The position numbers and the translations under genes were made by a program. Positions 55,940 through 64,000 of a stretch of DNA of 64,000 nucleotides are shown in pieces. Source of the DNA: Acidimicrobiales bacterium (GTDB taxonomy: Bacteria; Actinomycetota; Acidimicrobiia; Acidimicrobiales; AC-9); NCBI GenBank assembly GCA_036270875.1, contig DATBBR010000046.1, forward strand, positions 9,925 to 73,924, read 5' to 3'. The notes under the pieces are model-generated. The model made no database searches. It had not been told where the DNA came from and worked only from the letters and a program-made list of their open reading frames with translations. Within the stretch, counting starts at the first letter, position 1, and each line of letters starts with the position of its first letter.

Positions 55940-57136
55940 TCAGCGGGACCCAGTGAGCACGAGGGCGCCGACGGCGGCGACCATCGACAGGGGCACGGCC
56001 ACAACGCCGAGGCGAGCTGCCTTGGCGAGTGACGGGCGCGCCCCGGCGGCTCGAGCCGCCCGTAGCCAGAGAATCCACGCCAGGGAGCCGGTCACGAAGA
56101 GGTTCGGTCCGATATCGAGCCCGACCAGCAGGGCGAATGGGTGGGGTGGCACCCGGGCGGCGAGCAGGGACGCCGCCGGCAGGTTGTTGACAAGGACTGA
56201 CGTCCCGGCGGCGACGAACGCCGTAGCCCACACATCGAGATGCGACAAGGCCATCGCCGGGCCCGACCAGGCCCGACCGAGGACACCGAGTGCGACCGCC
56301 ACCCCGAAGAGCCCGACGAGCACCGGGAGCCCTAGCGTGTCGAGTGTCGGCCCCAAGCGTTGCCTTCGCCCGACGCACCGAAGGGCGACGCCGACGAAGC
56401 CGACGAGGGCAACGGGAATGGCGGGGGACCTCAGGACCAGCACCAGCAGCGTGGCTGCCACAACCGCGGCAAGACCGATCCCGAGCACCGGCCGTTCCGG
56501 GCTCGTGAGCTCGCGGGCGGTCACCCGGAGCGACCGTCGCTCGAAGACGACGACGACGGCACCGGTCACTGCCAAGGCGGCGAGCCACGCCAGCCAGGTG
56601 TGGGCGAGGAACCTTCCCCCTGAAATGTGCAGGTGACCGAGGACGATGAGGTTCGTCAGGTTCGAGCCCGGCAAGAGGAGGGAGCCGGCATTGGCGAGCA
56701 GGAGACAGGCATAGACGAGGGGAGTTGCGTCGCTCTCCCCTCGGCTCCTGGCGGTGTAGACGAGGACAGGGGTCAGAAACACCACCGCCGTGTCGAGATT
56801 GAGGATCGCCGTCACGACGCCGACCACGACCGCCCCACCGACGAACAAGGCCAGGCCGCTTCGAGCGGTCCGGGCGAGCTGGTGGCCTGCGGCCGAGAAC
56901 AGGCCGTCGTCCTCCGCCACGCGACCGACGAGGAGAAGACCCGTGACGAGGACGAACGGCGACCAGTCCTGCGCTGCCGCCAACCTGGCGTCGAGAGGAT
57001 GAGTCGCGGCCGCGACCAGCGCGCCGGCGGCGCCCACCGCTGCCAACAGCCAGCCGAGCGGCAACCCGGGCCCAGCGTGGGGGTCCCGCTGCGGGGCCCT
57101 GTCCACCGAGCAAACGCTACACCTGGCTCTCGACAC
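55940..57136 (-). CDS. ArsB/NhaD-superfamily permease (anion/citrate transporter-like)
   Basis: LLLPGSNLTNLIV and more than 8 hydrophobic helices. The start is uncertain (GTG 57136 or GTG 57106). The upstream part of the 538-aa track ORF overlaps the divergent gene and is rejected. Confidence 0.8.
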   Translation of the reverse strand: MSRARCSVCSVDRAPQRDPHAGPGLPLGWLLAAVGAAGALVAAATHPLDARLAAAQDWSPFVLVTGLLLVGRVAEDDGLFSAAGHQLARTARSGLALFVGGAVVVGVVTAILNLDTAVVFLTPVLVYTARSRGESDATPLVYACLLLANAGSLLLPGSNLTNLIVLGHLHISGGRFLAHTWLAWLAALAVTGAVVVVFERRSLRVTARELTSPERPVLGIGLAAVVAATLLVLVLRSPAIPVALVGFVGVALRCVGRRQRLGPTLDTLGLPVLVGLFGVAVALGVLGRAWSGPAMALSHLDVWATAFVAAGTSVLVNNLPAASLLAARVPPHPFALLVGLDIGPNLFVTGSLAWILWLRAARAAGARPSLAKAARLGVVAVPLSMVAAVGALVLTGSR

Positions 57137-57232
57137 ATCAACGACGATTGCGCTGTGAGATGCGGTCGCCTTCGAAGAGTCGTACGGTCTGACCTGTCGA
57201 CACTGCCGACGGACCGGCGAGGGAGGAGCGCC

Positions 57233-60200
57233 ATGAGCGGTGTGCACGAGACGGCGAGTGGCGCGACGGCTGCCGCTGGTCAAGGGCGATTGGCTCAGCT
57301 CATCGCGGCTCGCGGAGGAAAGGCGGAGCCAGAGGCTCCGTTCGTGATCGAGCACCGGGAAGCGCTGATCTACATGCTCTGCGAGGCGGCGGAGCTCGAG
57401 CACGGCATCATGTGCCAGTACCTCTTCGCCGCCTTTTCCCTCAAGCAGAGCGAGGACGAGGGCCTGAGCGCGACGGAAGTCGACGCCGCCCGGCGCTGGC
57501 GGGGGGCCGTCGCCCACGTGGCCACCCAGGAGATGCTCCACCTCGCGCTCGTCCACAACCTGCTGTCAGCAGTGGGCGCCGCGCCGCACCTGGCCCGGCC
57601 CAACCTGCCGCAGCCCCTCGATCACTATCCCGCCGGCGTGCAGCTGGCCTTGCTGCCATTCGGGGAGCAGGCGCTCCGGCATTTCATGTTCCTCGAGCGC
57701 CCCGAGGGCATGGAGCTCGAGGACGCCGACGGCCTGAGGGCGATGGGCAGGGCGGAGCCGGTTCTGGAGGAGGGCGACATCGTGCCCAGGTTGCAGGACT
57801 TCGCCACCGTCGGTCACCTGTACCGGTCGATCGAGCAGGGCCTCGCCCATCTGGCGGACAAGTACGGCGAGGAGGGCCTGTTCGTGGGGCCCGCCGAGGC
57901 CCAGGCGACCACCGCGAGCTTCCGCTGGCCCGAGCTGGTCGCGGTGACCGACCTCGGCTCGGCCCAGCAGGCCGTCGACACCATCCTCGAGCAGGGCGAG
58001 GGCCCGAGGGGCGAGTGGCGAACTGCCCATTTCGGACAGTTCGTCGAGGTGCTCGACGAGTTCTTGCAGATGAAAGAGGCCAACCCGGGCTTCGACCCGG
58101 TCCGTCCCGTGATGGCGGCCAACTGCCGCCAGCCGGAGCGCCACGTCGCGGTGCCGCTCATCACCGACGTGCTGACCGCAAAGTGCACCGACCTGTTCAA
58201 CGTCGGCTACGAGATCCTGCTCCAGACCTTCGAGCGGTACTTCGCCCACACCGAGGAGACCGACGCGCAGCTGGCCACACTGGCCGATGCGACCCTGGCG
58301 CTGATGTTCCAGGTCATCAAGCCCCTAGGTGAGCTGATCACGACCCTTCCCGTGGGACCCGGCTTCGATGGCAAGACGGCGGGTCCCAGCTTCGAGCTGT
58401 TCTACGAGAGCGACTACCTGATGCCCCACCGCTCGGCGGCGTGGGCGCTGCTCGCCGAGCGCCTGGACGAGGCGGCCATGCTGTCTGGACAGATCGCCTC
58501 GGAGGCGGGCGGGCGGGTAGCCGACAGCCTGGCCCCGGTCGGTGCCGCCTTGTCGGACACGGCCCAATCGCTGAAGGACCACTTCTCGGACTGGGGCGCT
58601 CGTCCCCGAGCCACTCCGGACGTGGCGCCCGCAGCCGAAGCCGACGGCGACGGCGAACGCGAGGAGCTGGCGTCCTTGCGCGCCCGCGCCGATCAGTTGT
58701 CGCAGGCAGTCCGCGGTGCCGCCATCGGGGAGGTCCGGCGCGAGCTGGCGACGTTGTTCGACGGTGCCGTTCGGCTTACGAGAGCGGTCGTTGCCGGCGC
58801 TGACGACTTCGAGACCGGACAGGCGCGTGCGGTGGCCGCCCGACTGGTCGACAGCGTCCTGCGTCCGCTTGCAGACATCCTCGCCCCGGCGTCCGAGGGA
58901 GGGTCGGGGCGCGAAGAAGACCGCCCCGTCGCGGCCGAGGGCCCGGTGCGCGATCAAGCGTGGCAACTGGCCAAGGAGGCGACCCGGCTGTGCAGCCGTC
59001 TCAGCACGGATTCGGCGGCGAGGCGTGCCGTGCTCGAGGCGACCGCAGCGTTGCAAGATCTCGCCTGCCAGCTCGATCCGGATGAGGCTGACGCCCGGAC
59101 GGAAGAGCTGCGGAGCCTGCAGGCCCGCATGGCGCCCGGGATCGAGCCCGCACCCGACGGTCCGTACCTCGTGACCAACGCCGAGAGCCTGCGTAGCTGG
59201 CTCGGAGAGGCAATCCCATCCCGCCCGACGATGGCGCTGTGCCGGTGCGGCGGCTCGGCCATGAAGCCGTTCTGCGACGGCACCCACGCCACGAACGGGT
59301 TCACCGCAGCCAAGGATCCGAAGCGGGTCCCTGACCGCCGTGACACCTATGTGGGCCAGCAGGTGACGATCCTCGACAACCGGGGAACGTGCCAGCACGC
59401 GGGCCTGTGCAGCGACCGCCTGTCGACGGTCTTTCGGACCGACCAGGAGCCCTTCGTCGCACCCAGCGGGGGCCGCATGGACGAGATCATCCGGGCCGTC
59501 CGGGACTGTCCCTCGGGGGCGCTCAGCTACGCCATCGACGGCGGGGAGGCGCGCGACCGCGTCGACTGGGACAACCGCCGGGAGCCGTCCATCGAGGTCT
59601 CCAAGGACGGTCCCTACCGCATCACCGGCGGGATCGCCCTCGTGAGAGACGACGGCGCTGACGTGGCGCGCAACGCTGGGGCGTCGTACGAGCACTACGC
59701 CCTGTGCCGCTGCGGCCACTCACAGAACAAGCCGTTCTGCAGCGGCATGCACTGGTACGTGGACTTCCATGATCCCGCTTTCGACCCCGACCGCGAGCCG
59801 ACGATGTTCGAATGGTGCGGCGGCCTTCCTGCCCTCACCAGGATGACCCGGCTGTTCTACGAAAGGTATGTGCCCGAGGACGCGCTGCTGGCCCCACTGT
59901 TCGCCAACATGTCGGCCGACCACCCGCAACGGGTGGCCAAGTGGCTGGGCGAGGTGTTCGGCGGACCCCCGGCGTACAGCGAGGAATTCGGGGGCTACAC
60001 GCGGATGGTGCATCAGCACATCGGCAAGGGCCTCACCGAGGAGAAGCGCGCCCGCTGGGTCACGCTCATCCTCCGTTCGGCCGACGAGGCTGGGATGCCG
60101 AGAGATCCCGAGTTCCGCTCCGCCTTCGCCTCCTACATCGAGTGGGGATCGCGCCTCGCTCTCGAGAACTCCCAGGCTGGCGCCGAGCCTCCCGAGCACA

Positions 60201-60535
60201 TGCCCATGCCTCATTGGAGCTGGGGCACCGCCGGCCCTCCGGGCGGTAGGGTCTCAGCCGTGCCCTCTGCGGATGCCGGCGACGAGCCACCGGCGGCCTT
60301 GCCCACTTCCGACGAGACGGTGAGCTTCGCCAAGCACATCAAGCCGCTGTTTCGCGACCGCGACCGGCAATCGATGAAATTTGCCTTCGACCTCTGGTCC
60401 TTCGACGACGTGGGCGCGCGAGCTGACGACATCCTCGAGCGCCTGCGGAACGGGTCGATGCCGTGCGACCGAGCGTGGTCGGAGGAGAAGGTGCAGGTCT
60501 TCCAGCGCTGGATCGACTCGGGCAAGACTGCCTGA
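57233..60535 (+). CDS. 1100-aa multidomain metalloprotein: ferritin-like di-iron domain + helical linker + CDGSH + divergent-4Fe-4S-like + CDGSH-like + truncated haemoglobin + conserved C-terminal module
   Basis: GGGAGGAG SD 4 nt upstream of the ATG. AAELEH and TQEMLH (ExxH x2). CRCGGSAMKPFCDGTH (59240-59287). GTCQHAGLC...CPSGALSY. CRCGHSQNKPFCSGMH (59705-59752). Globin segment LTRMTRLFYERY...YTRMVHQHIGKG. Confidence 0.85.
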   Translation: MSGVHETASGATAAAGQGRLAQLIAARGGKAEPEAPFVIEHREALIYMLCEAAELEHGIMCQYLFAAFSLKQSEDEGLSATEVDAARRWRGAVAHVATQEMLHLALVHNLLSAVGAAPHLARPNLPQPLDHYPAGVQLALLPFGEQALRHFMFLERPEGMELEDADGLRAMGRAEPVLEEGDIVPRLQDFATVGHLYRSIEQGLAHLADKYGEEGLFVGPAEAQATTASFRWPELVAVTDLGSAQQAVDTILEQGEGPRGEWRTAHFGQFVEVLDEFLQMKEANPGFDPVRPVMAANCRQPERHVAVPLITDVLTAKCTDLFNVGYEILLQTFERYFAHTEETDAQLATLADATLALMFQVIKPLGELITTLPVGPGFDGKTAGPSFELFYESDYLMPHRSAAWALLAERLDEAAMLSGQIASEAGGRVADSLAPVGAALSDTAQSLKDHFSDWGARPRATPDVAPAAEADGDGEREELASLRARADQLSQAVRGAAIGEVRRELATLFDGAVRLTRAVVAGADDFETGQARAVAARLVDSVLRPLADILAPASEGGSGREEDRPVAAEGPVRDQAWQLAKEATRLCSRLSTDSAARRAVLEATAALQDLACQLDPDEADARTEELRSLQARMAPGIEPAPDGPYLVTNAESLRSWLGEAIPSRPTMALCRCGGSAMKPFCDGTHATNGFTAAKDPKRVPDRRDTYVGQQVTILDNRGTCQHAGLCSDRLSTVFRTDQEPFVAPSGGRMDEIIRAVRDCPSGALSYAIDGGEARDRVDWDNRREPSIEVSKDGPYRITGGIALVRDDGADVARNAGASYEHYALCRCGHSQNKPFCSGMHWYVDFHDPAFDPDREPTMFEWCGGLPALTRMTRLFYERYVPEDALLAPLFANMSADHPQRVAKWLGEVFGGPPAYSEEFGGYTRMVHQHIGKGLTEEKRARWVTLILRSADEAGMPRDPEFRSAFASYIEWGSRLALENSQAGAEPPEHMPMPHWSWGTAGPPGGRVSAVPSADAGDEPPAALPTSDETVSFAKHIKPLFRDRDRQSMKFAFDLWSFDDVGARADDILERLRNGSMPCDRAWSEEKVQVFQRWIDSGKTA

Positions 60536-60555
60536 CCCGGGGGAGGGGTCGCAGC

Positions 60556-61512
60556 TCACTGACCCGGGCGCGAGCCGAGCAGGGCGGTGCCGAAGTCGGT
60601 GCTGCCGTGGTCGTAGGCCCGATCGGGGTCGGCCCGGACTCTCGAGTCCTGAGCCTTGGCGTCGTCGCCGACGAGGATCCGCCAGCGTCCCGCCCGCACG
60701 CCGTCCAGGATGATCGTCGCCGCCTCGGCGGCGGTGAGTGGTGCGCTGTCACGGAAGCCCTCGACCATCATCTTGACGATCTGGCGCAGCTGGTCAGCCG
60801 AGATGTCGTCCGCCGGGAGGCCCCGCATGGCCATCTGGTCTCGCATCTGCTCGAGGTCGGCGTCGGGGATCTCCTCCGGCTCGGGGCTGCCGAGGATGCG
60901 CCGGGAGTTGACCACGATGTCGGTCCCGATGTGGCCGGGCATCACGACCGCGACCTTGACGTGTGGCGCGTGGATCCTGAGATCCTCGATCAGGGCCTCG
61001 GAGAACCCCTTCACCGCGAACTTGGCCGTGCTGTAGGCCGTGTGGGGGACGCCGGGACCGAGCGACGCCCAGAATCCGTTCACGCTGCTGGTGTTGACGA
61101 GGTAGCCGTCGTCGCTGGCGATCAACAGGGGCAGGAATGCTCGGGTGCAGTAGTAGACACCCCACCAGTCGATGGCGAAGGTCCGCTCCCAGGCCGCCCG
61201 CTCGTCGGCGATGAAGCTGCCGCCTCCTCCGATGCCGGCGTTGTTGAACACCAGGTTCACGTGGTCGGTTGCGTGCTGGCTCGTCACCTCGTCACGAAAG
61301 CTCTGGACGTCGGCCTCGACCGAGACGTCGCACACGTGCGTCGTGATCCGGCTCCCGGCTGGGGCGCGTCCGGCCGTCTCGCTCACACCGGCGGGGTCGA
61401 TGTCGCAGGTGGCGACCGCGCATCCCTCGGCTGCGAGCTGAAGCACCAGCTCCCGTCCCATGCCGGAGGCGCCTCCGGTGACAACGGCCAACTTCCCGGC
61501 AAACGAGTCCAC
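60556..61512 (-). CDS. Short-chain dehydrogenase/reductase (SDR)
   Basis: GTG 61512. KLAVVTGGASGMG, NNAG, YSTAKFAVKG (YxxxK). The upstream 233 codons of the track ORF are rejected. Confidence 0.9.
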   Translation of the reverse strand: MDSFAGKLAVVTGGASGMGRELVLQLAAEGCAVATCDIDPAGVSETAGRAPAGSRITTHVCDVSVEADVQSFRDEVTSQHATDHVNLVFNNAGIGGGGSFIADERAAWERTFAIDWWGVYYCTRAFLPLLIASDDGYLVNTSSVNGFWASLGPGVPHTAYSTAKFAVKGFSEALIEDLRIHAPHVKVAVVMPGHIGTDIVVNSRRILGSPEPEEIPDADLEQMRDQMAMRGLPADDISADQLRQIVKMMVEGFRDSAPLTAAEAATIILDGVRAGRWRILVGDDAKAQDSRVRADPDRAYDHGSTDFGTALLGSRPGQ

Positions 61513-61595
61513 GCTCGAGCTCCACGCCCTTCCGGGCCGGCCTTGGGGCCGGCGGTCCTGGGTGAGCCACCGTAGGCGGGCTCGACCCGGTCGGG

Positions 61596-63581
61596 CTAGT
61601 GGCAGAGGCCGCAGGGCGCGGCGAGCGACGCTGCCGGGGCCAGGGGCAGCTCGACGAAGGAGGCCGCCCTCGCGTTGCGCTGGACCTGGTACGCGCCCCC
61701 GACGAGATTGGCCAGCTGCGCCGGGGTGGGACCGAGGTGGGGGGTGTCCGACGTCGTGACCGTGACGCGGAGGCGGTGCCCGGGAGCGAGCACGGCGACG
61801 GTCGGGAAGACCTCGACGTCGAATCGCGTCACCGAGCCGGTCGTCACCGGCGTGGCGGAGGCCTGCGTGTACGGGTGGTACGGAAGGAGCGGCACGCCAC
61901 CGGATCCGTACCAGCTCTTCCCCGCGTCCACGGCCCGGAACGAGCCCAGCAGGGCTCCCGCCGTCAGGGGCGTGGAGGCGCCGCTCGGCGCCACGTCCTC
62001 CACGGTCGCCACCCACTCCGCGTCCTTCGTCGTCGAGGTGGCGTAGATGGTGGCGTCGATGGGGCCGCCCAGGACGGTCGGCGTGCCGAAGGCGCCGGTC
62101 GTGTAGGTGAGCGCGTTCGGCCCCGTCTGCAGCGCTCGGTCGTCGGTCGTGCAGGGGTCGCCCGGAAGGCCGGCTGAGGTGGTGGCCAGCGACAGCGCGC
62201 CCATGCTCCACTGCTCGGACTGGCGGTCGCAGGGGTTCGTGGCCCCCGTGAAGAGCACCGGGTCAGATCCGCTGCTCGCGGCCGGCCGGCCGGGCCGAAG
62301 GGTGCCGTCGTTGGTCGAGGGCGCCGACGACCCCGAGGGTCCGGCGGACAGGTAGTAGGTGGTCGGCCGGGCCTGGGGAAGCGGCCACGTGGCGGCGTCG
62401 GTCCAGCGGTTGGATCCCAGCTGGAAGAGATGGAGTGGCGTCCTGGTCTGGCCCATGCCCGTGGGCTCGCCCCGCAGCCAGGTGTCGAACCATTCGAGCT
62501 GGACGCGATGGAGGTCGACTCCCTGTCCGGCGGTCAGGTGGTACCAGGGACCCATCATGAGCTGGTAGCGGCCCGTCACGGGCTGGTCGGCTCGCATGGG
62601 GGCCCCGACAGGTCGGTGGGCCCAGGCGTTCTGGAGACCGGCATAGTTGAGCGGCTCGCCCCGCTGGAACAGGTCGTACCAGCCCCCCACGAGGAAGGCC
62701 GGGATGCCGTCGGAGACGATCTTGGAGAGCACGTCCGCCGGGTTGCGCGCCGCCCAGTAGGCGCCGTCGTAGGCCTGGTCTCCGCCGCTCTCGGTGTTCG
62801 CCAGGCTGGCGGCGTGGTACGTGGCCAGGCCCTGGGCGTGCTGGGCCTCGACGCTTGCCAGAGTGGCGCCGCTGCCGCTGTTGGGCGCGGCGGCGCTCTC
62901 CAAGGGCGGGTTGGCCATGTTGAGCGCCCCCGTCAGGCCCAGGTAGAGCCCGCCGAACTCGGTGTCGGGGATGCCGCCCTGGAGTGCGGTGTCCCGGTAG
63001 ATGTCGTCGGCGGAGATGACGGGGAACAGCGCCTTGACCGGTGAGCCAGGGCCGAGACGGGCGGCGGTGAGGAACTGGTTGATGCCCATGTAGGACTCGC
63101 CGAACAGGCCCACTGCACCGGTCGAATGGGGCAGGCGGGCCACCCAGCGGACCAGAGCGGCCCCGTCGCTGGCCTGGGCCGGGTCGAACAGGCCCCAGCT
63201 GCCGCCCGAGTCGCCGGTGCCCCGGACGTCGGCCACGACTTCGAGGTAGCCGCGCTGGACGAAGTACGAGTCGCCCAGGGCCTCCTTGCCGTAGGGGGTC
63301 TGGGTCAGGAGCACCGGGAACGGTCCCGGCGCGGCCTTGCCGGTCGCCGGATCGGTCGGGAAGTGGACGTCGACGCGAAGCACGGTGCCGTCGGCCATGG
63401 TGACCCCGACGTTGCTCGTGCTCCCGACGCCGTACGTCGCCGCTTCGGGCTGCCACGCGGGCGGCGCCGCGCCGGCAGCAGCCGACGCGGCACCCGGGAC
63501 GGCGGCTCCGGCAGCAACCACGATGGCGGCGACGGCGATGACGACCAGGCCCCGCCACCGCCGCACCTCGGTCCCCACCAC
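61596..63581 (-). CDS. Secreted CocE/NonD-family (S15 X-Pro dipeptidyl-peptidase-like) hydrolase
   Basis: GTG start. Signal peptide LVVIAVAAIVVAAGAAVPGAASA. LTQTPYGK, DVRGTGDSGG, GESYMGINQ. Confidence 0.9.
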   Translation of the reverse strand: MVGTEVRRWRGLVVIAVAAIVVAAGAAVPGAASAAAGAAPPAWQPEAATYGVGSTSNVGVTMADGTVLRVDVHFPTDPATGKAAPGPFPVLLTQTPYGKEALGDSYFVQRGYLEVVADVRGTGDSGGSWGLFDPAQASDGAALVRWVARLPHSTGAVGLFGESYMGINQFLTAARLGPGSPVKALFPVISADDIYRDTALQGGIPDTEFGGLYLGLTGALNMANPPLESAAAPNSGSGATLASVEAQHAQGLATYHAASLANTESGGDQAYDGAYWAARNPADVLSKIVSDGIPAFLVGGWYDLFQRGEPLNYAGLQNAWAHRPVGAPMRADQPVTGRYQLMMGPWYHLTAGQGVDLHRVQLEWFDTWLRGEPTGMGQTRTPLHLFQLGSNRWTDAATWPLPQARPTTYYLSAGPSGSSAPSTNDGTLRPGRPAASSGSDPVLFTGATNPCDRQSEQWSMGALSLATTSAGLPGDPCTTDDRALQTGPNALTYTTGAFGTPTVLGGPIDATIYATSTTKDAEWVATVEDVAPSGASTPLTAGALLGSFRAVDAGKSWYGSGGVPLLPYHPYTQASATPVTTGSVTRFDVEVFPTVAVLAPGHRLRVTVTTSDTPHLGPTPAQLANLVGGAYQVQRNARAASFVELPLAPAASLAAPCGLCH

Positions 63582-63657
63582 CAGAGGGTTCGCCCCGCGG
63601 GGCCGATATCCTGTCGATCGTGAGGTTCCCGGCCGAATAGTCGAACCGTCGAACAGC

Positions 63658-63682
63658 GCCGACCCCCGTCGGGGGCGTCGGC
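63658..63682 (+). other. GC hairpin in the leader of the ABC-F gene
   Basis: gccgaccccc-gtc-gggggcgtcggc (one bulged C), with gtttcttcc 9 nt downstream. Confidence 0.5.
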
Positions 63683-63721
63683 CGCGGCCCGTTTCTTCCT
63701 GATCGTCCGAGGAGCCCGACC

Positions 63722-64000
63722 ATGCTCACCGCTACCAACCTGCAGCTGCGCGTCGGGCCGCGCCTGCTCTTGGAGCCGGCGTCGTTCCACGTCGCCCCCG
63801 GCGACCGGGTGGGGCTGGTCGGACGCAACGGGTCCGGCAAGACGACCCTGGTGACAGCGCTGGCCGGCGAGACCGCGCCGGCCTCCGGCGACGTGGCGCG
63901 CTCGGGGGCGATCGGCTACCTGCCTCAGGATCCCCGGACCGGTGACCTCGATGTGTCCGCTCGCCAGCGGATCCTCTCGGCCCGGGGGCTCGACCACCTC
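63722..64000 (+). CDS. ABC-F family ATPase (N-terminal fragment, runs off window)
   Basis: GAGGAG SD. MLTATNLQLRVGPRLLLEPASFHVAPGDRVGLVGRNGSGKTTL (Walker A), YLPQDP. Confidence 0.88.
   Translation, partial: MLTATNLQLRVGPRLLLEPASFHVAPGDRVGLVGRNGSGKTTLVTALAGETAPASGDVARSGAIGYLPQDPRTGDLDVSARQRILSARGLDHL

Noticed and set aside
56627-57232. 5' extension (202 codons) of the 1302-aa ORF containing the multidomain metalloprotein
   Set aside because: It overlaps the minus-strand permease gene and is low-complexity. A strong SD plus ATG at 57233 immediately precedes the ferritin-like homology.
1-64000. Search for CRISPR arrays, tRNA/rRNA genes, transposases, integrases, phage genes and toxin-antitoxin pairs
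   Set aside because: No spaced direct-repeat arrays were seen. There are no T-loop (GGTTCGAATCC-like) motifs outside coding sequence. No DDE, tyrosine or serine recombinase motifs appear in any ORF. The scan was manual, so small RNAs cannot be excluded without tRNAscan-SE or Infernal.

Overview
The window is very GC-rich, with third codon positions almost all G/C, and looks like an Actinomycetota chromosome. The pointers are a Kgd-type fused E2/E1 2-oxoglutarate dehydrogenase, a GTP-PEPCK, a SepIVA-like protein and DUF2469. I found no rRNA, tRNA, CRISPR array, transposase, integrase or phage gene.

Most of the window is conserved housekeeping. The 24.8-47.1 kb stretch is almost entirely plus-strand genes (apart from minus-strand rpmB at the start), with many ATGA/GTGA start-stop overlaps: rpmB / DAK2-yloV, recG, rsmD, coaD, sepIVA-like, yceD, rpmF, plsX, acpP, rnc, mutM, smc, ftsY, ffh, rpsP, KH, rimM, trmD, rplS, then DUF2469 and yraN. 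comM and dprA follow only after an approximately 8 kb insertion. The left third carries kgd, xthA, a UvrD2-like helicase, ddl, galK, CoA-transferase/ADH metabolism genes, an S9 peptidase, pckG and thiL.

rpmF (L32, 59 aa, 31228-31407) is absent from the supplied ORF track. Many long ORFs in the track are antisense or alternate-frame shadows typical of high-GC DNA and were rejected.

The most unusual items:
1. A 1100-aa single-polypeptide fusion of a ferritin-like di-iron domain, two CDGSH [2Fe-2S] motifs, a divergent 4Fe-4S segment, a truncated haemoglobin and an unnamed C-terminal module (57233-60535).
2. A MurF-family ligase whose N-terminal substrate domain is replaced by a multi-helix membrane domain. 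It is translationally coupled to an alpha/beta hydrolase and followed by ddl (8937-12674).
3. A Zc3h12a-type NYN RNase fused to an S1 domain and a histone-H1-like Lys/Ala tail (3498-5078).
4. A ParA-like ATPase with a co-transcribed zinc-ribbon protein carrying a duplicated GRRALF motif, divergent from a tandem Cas4-like Fe-S nuclease. All of this lies inside a break in the otherwise conserved rplS...comM-dprA synteny.
5. A 19-nt-arm hairpin in a lower-GC spacer upstream of comM.

All functional calls come from motifs read by eye. No database search was run.
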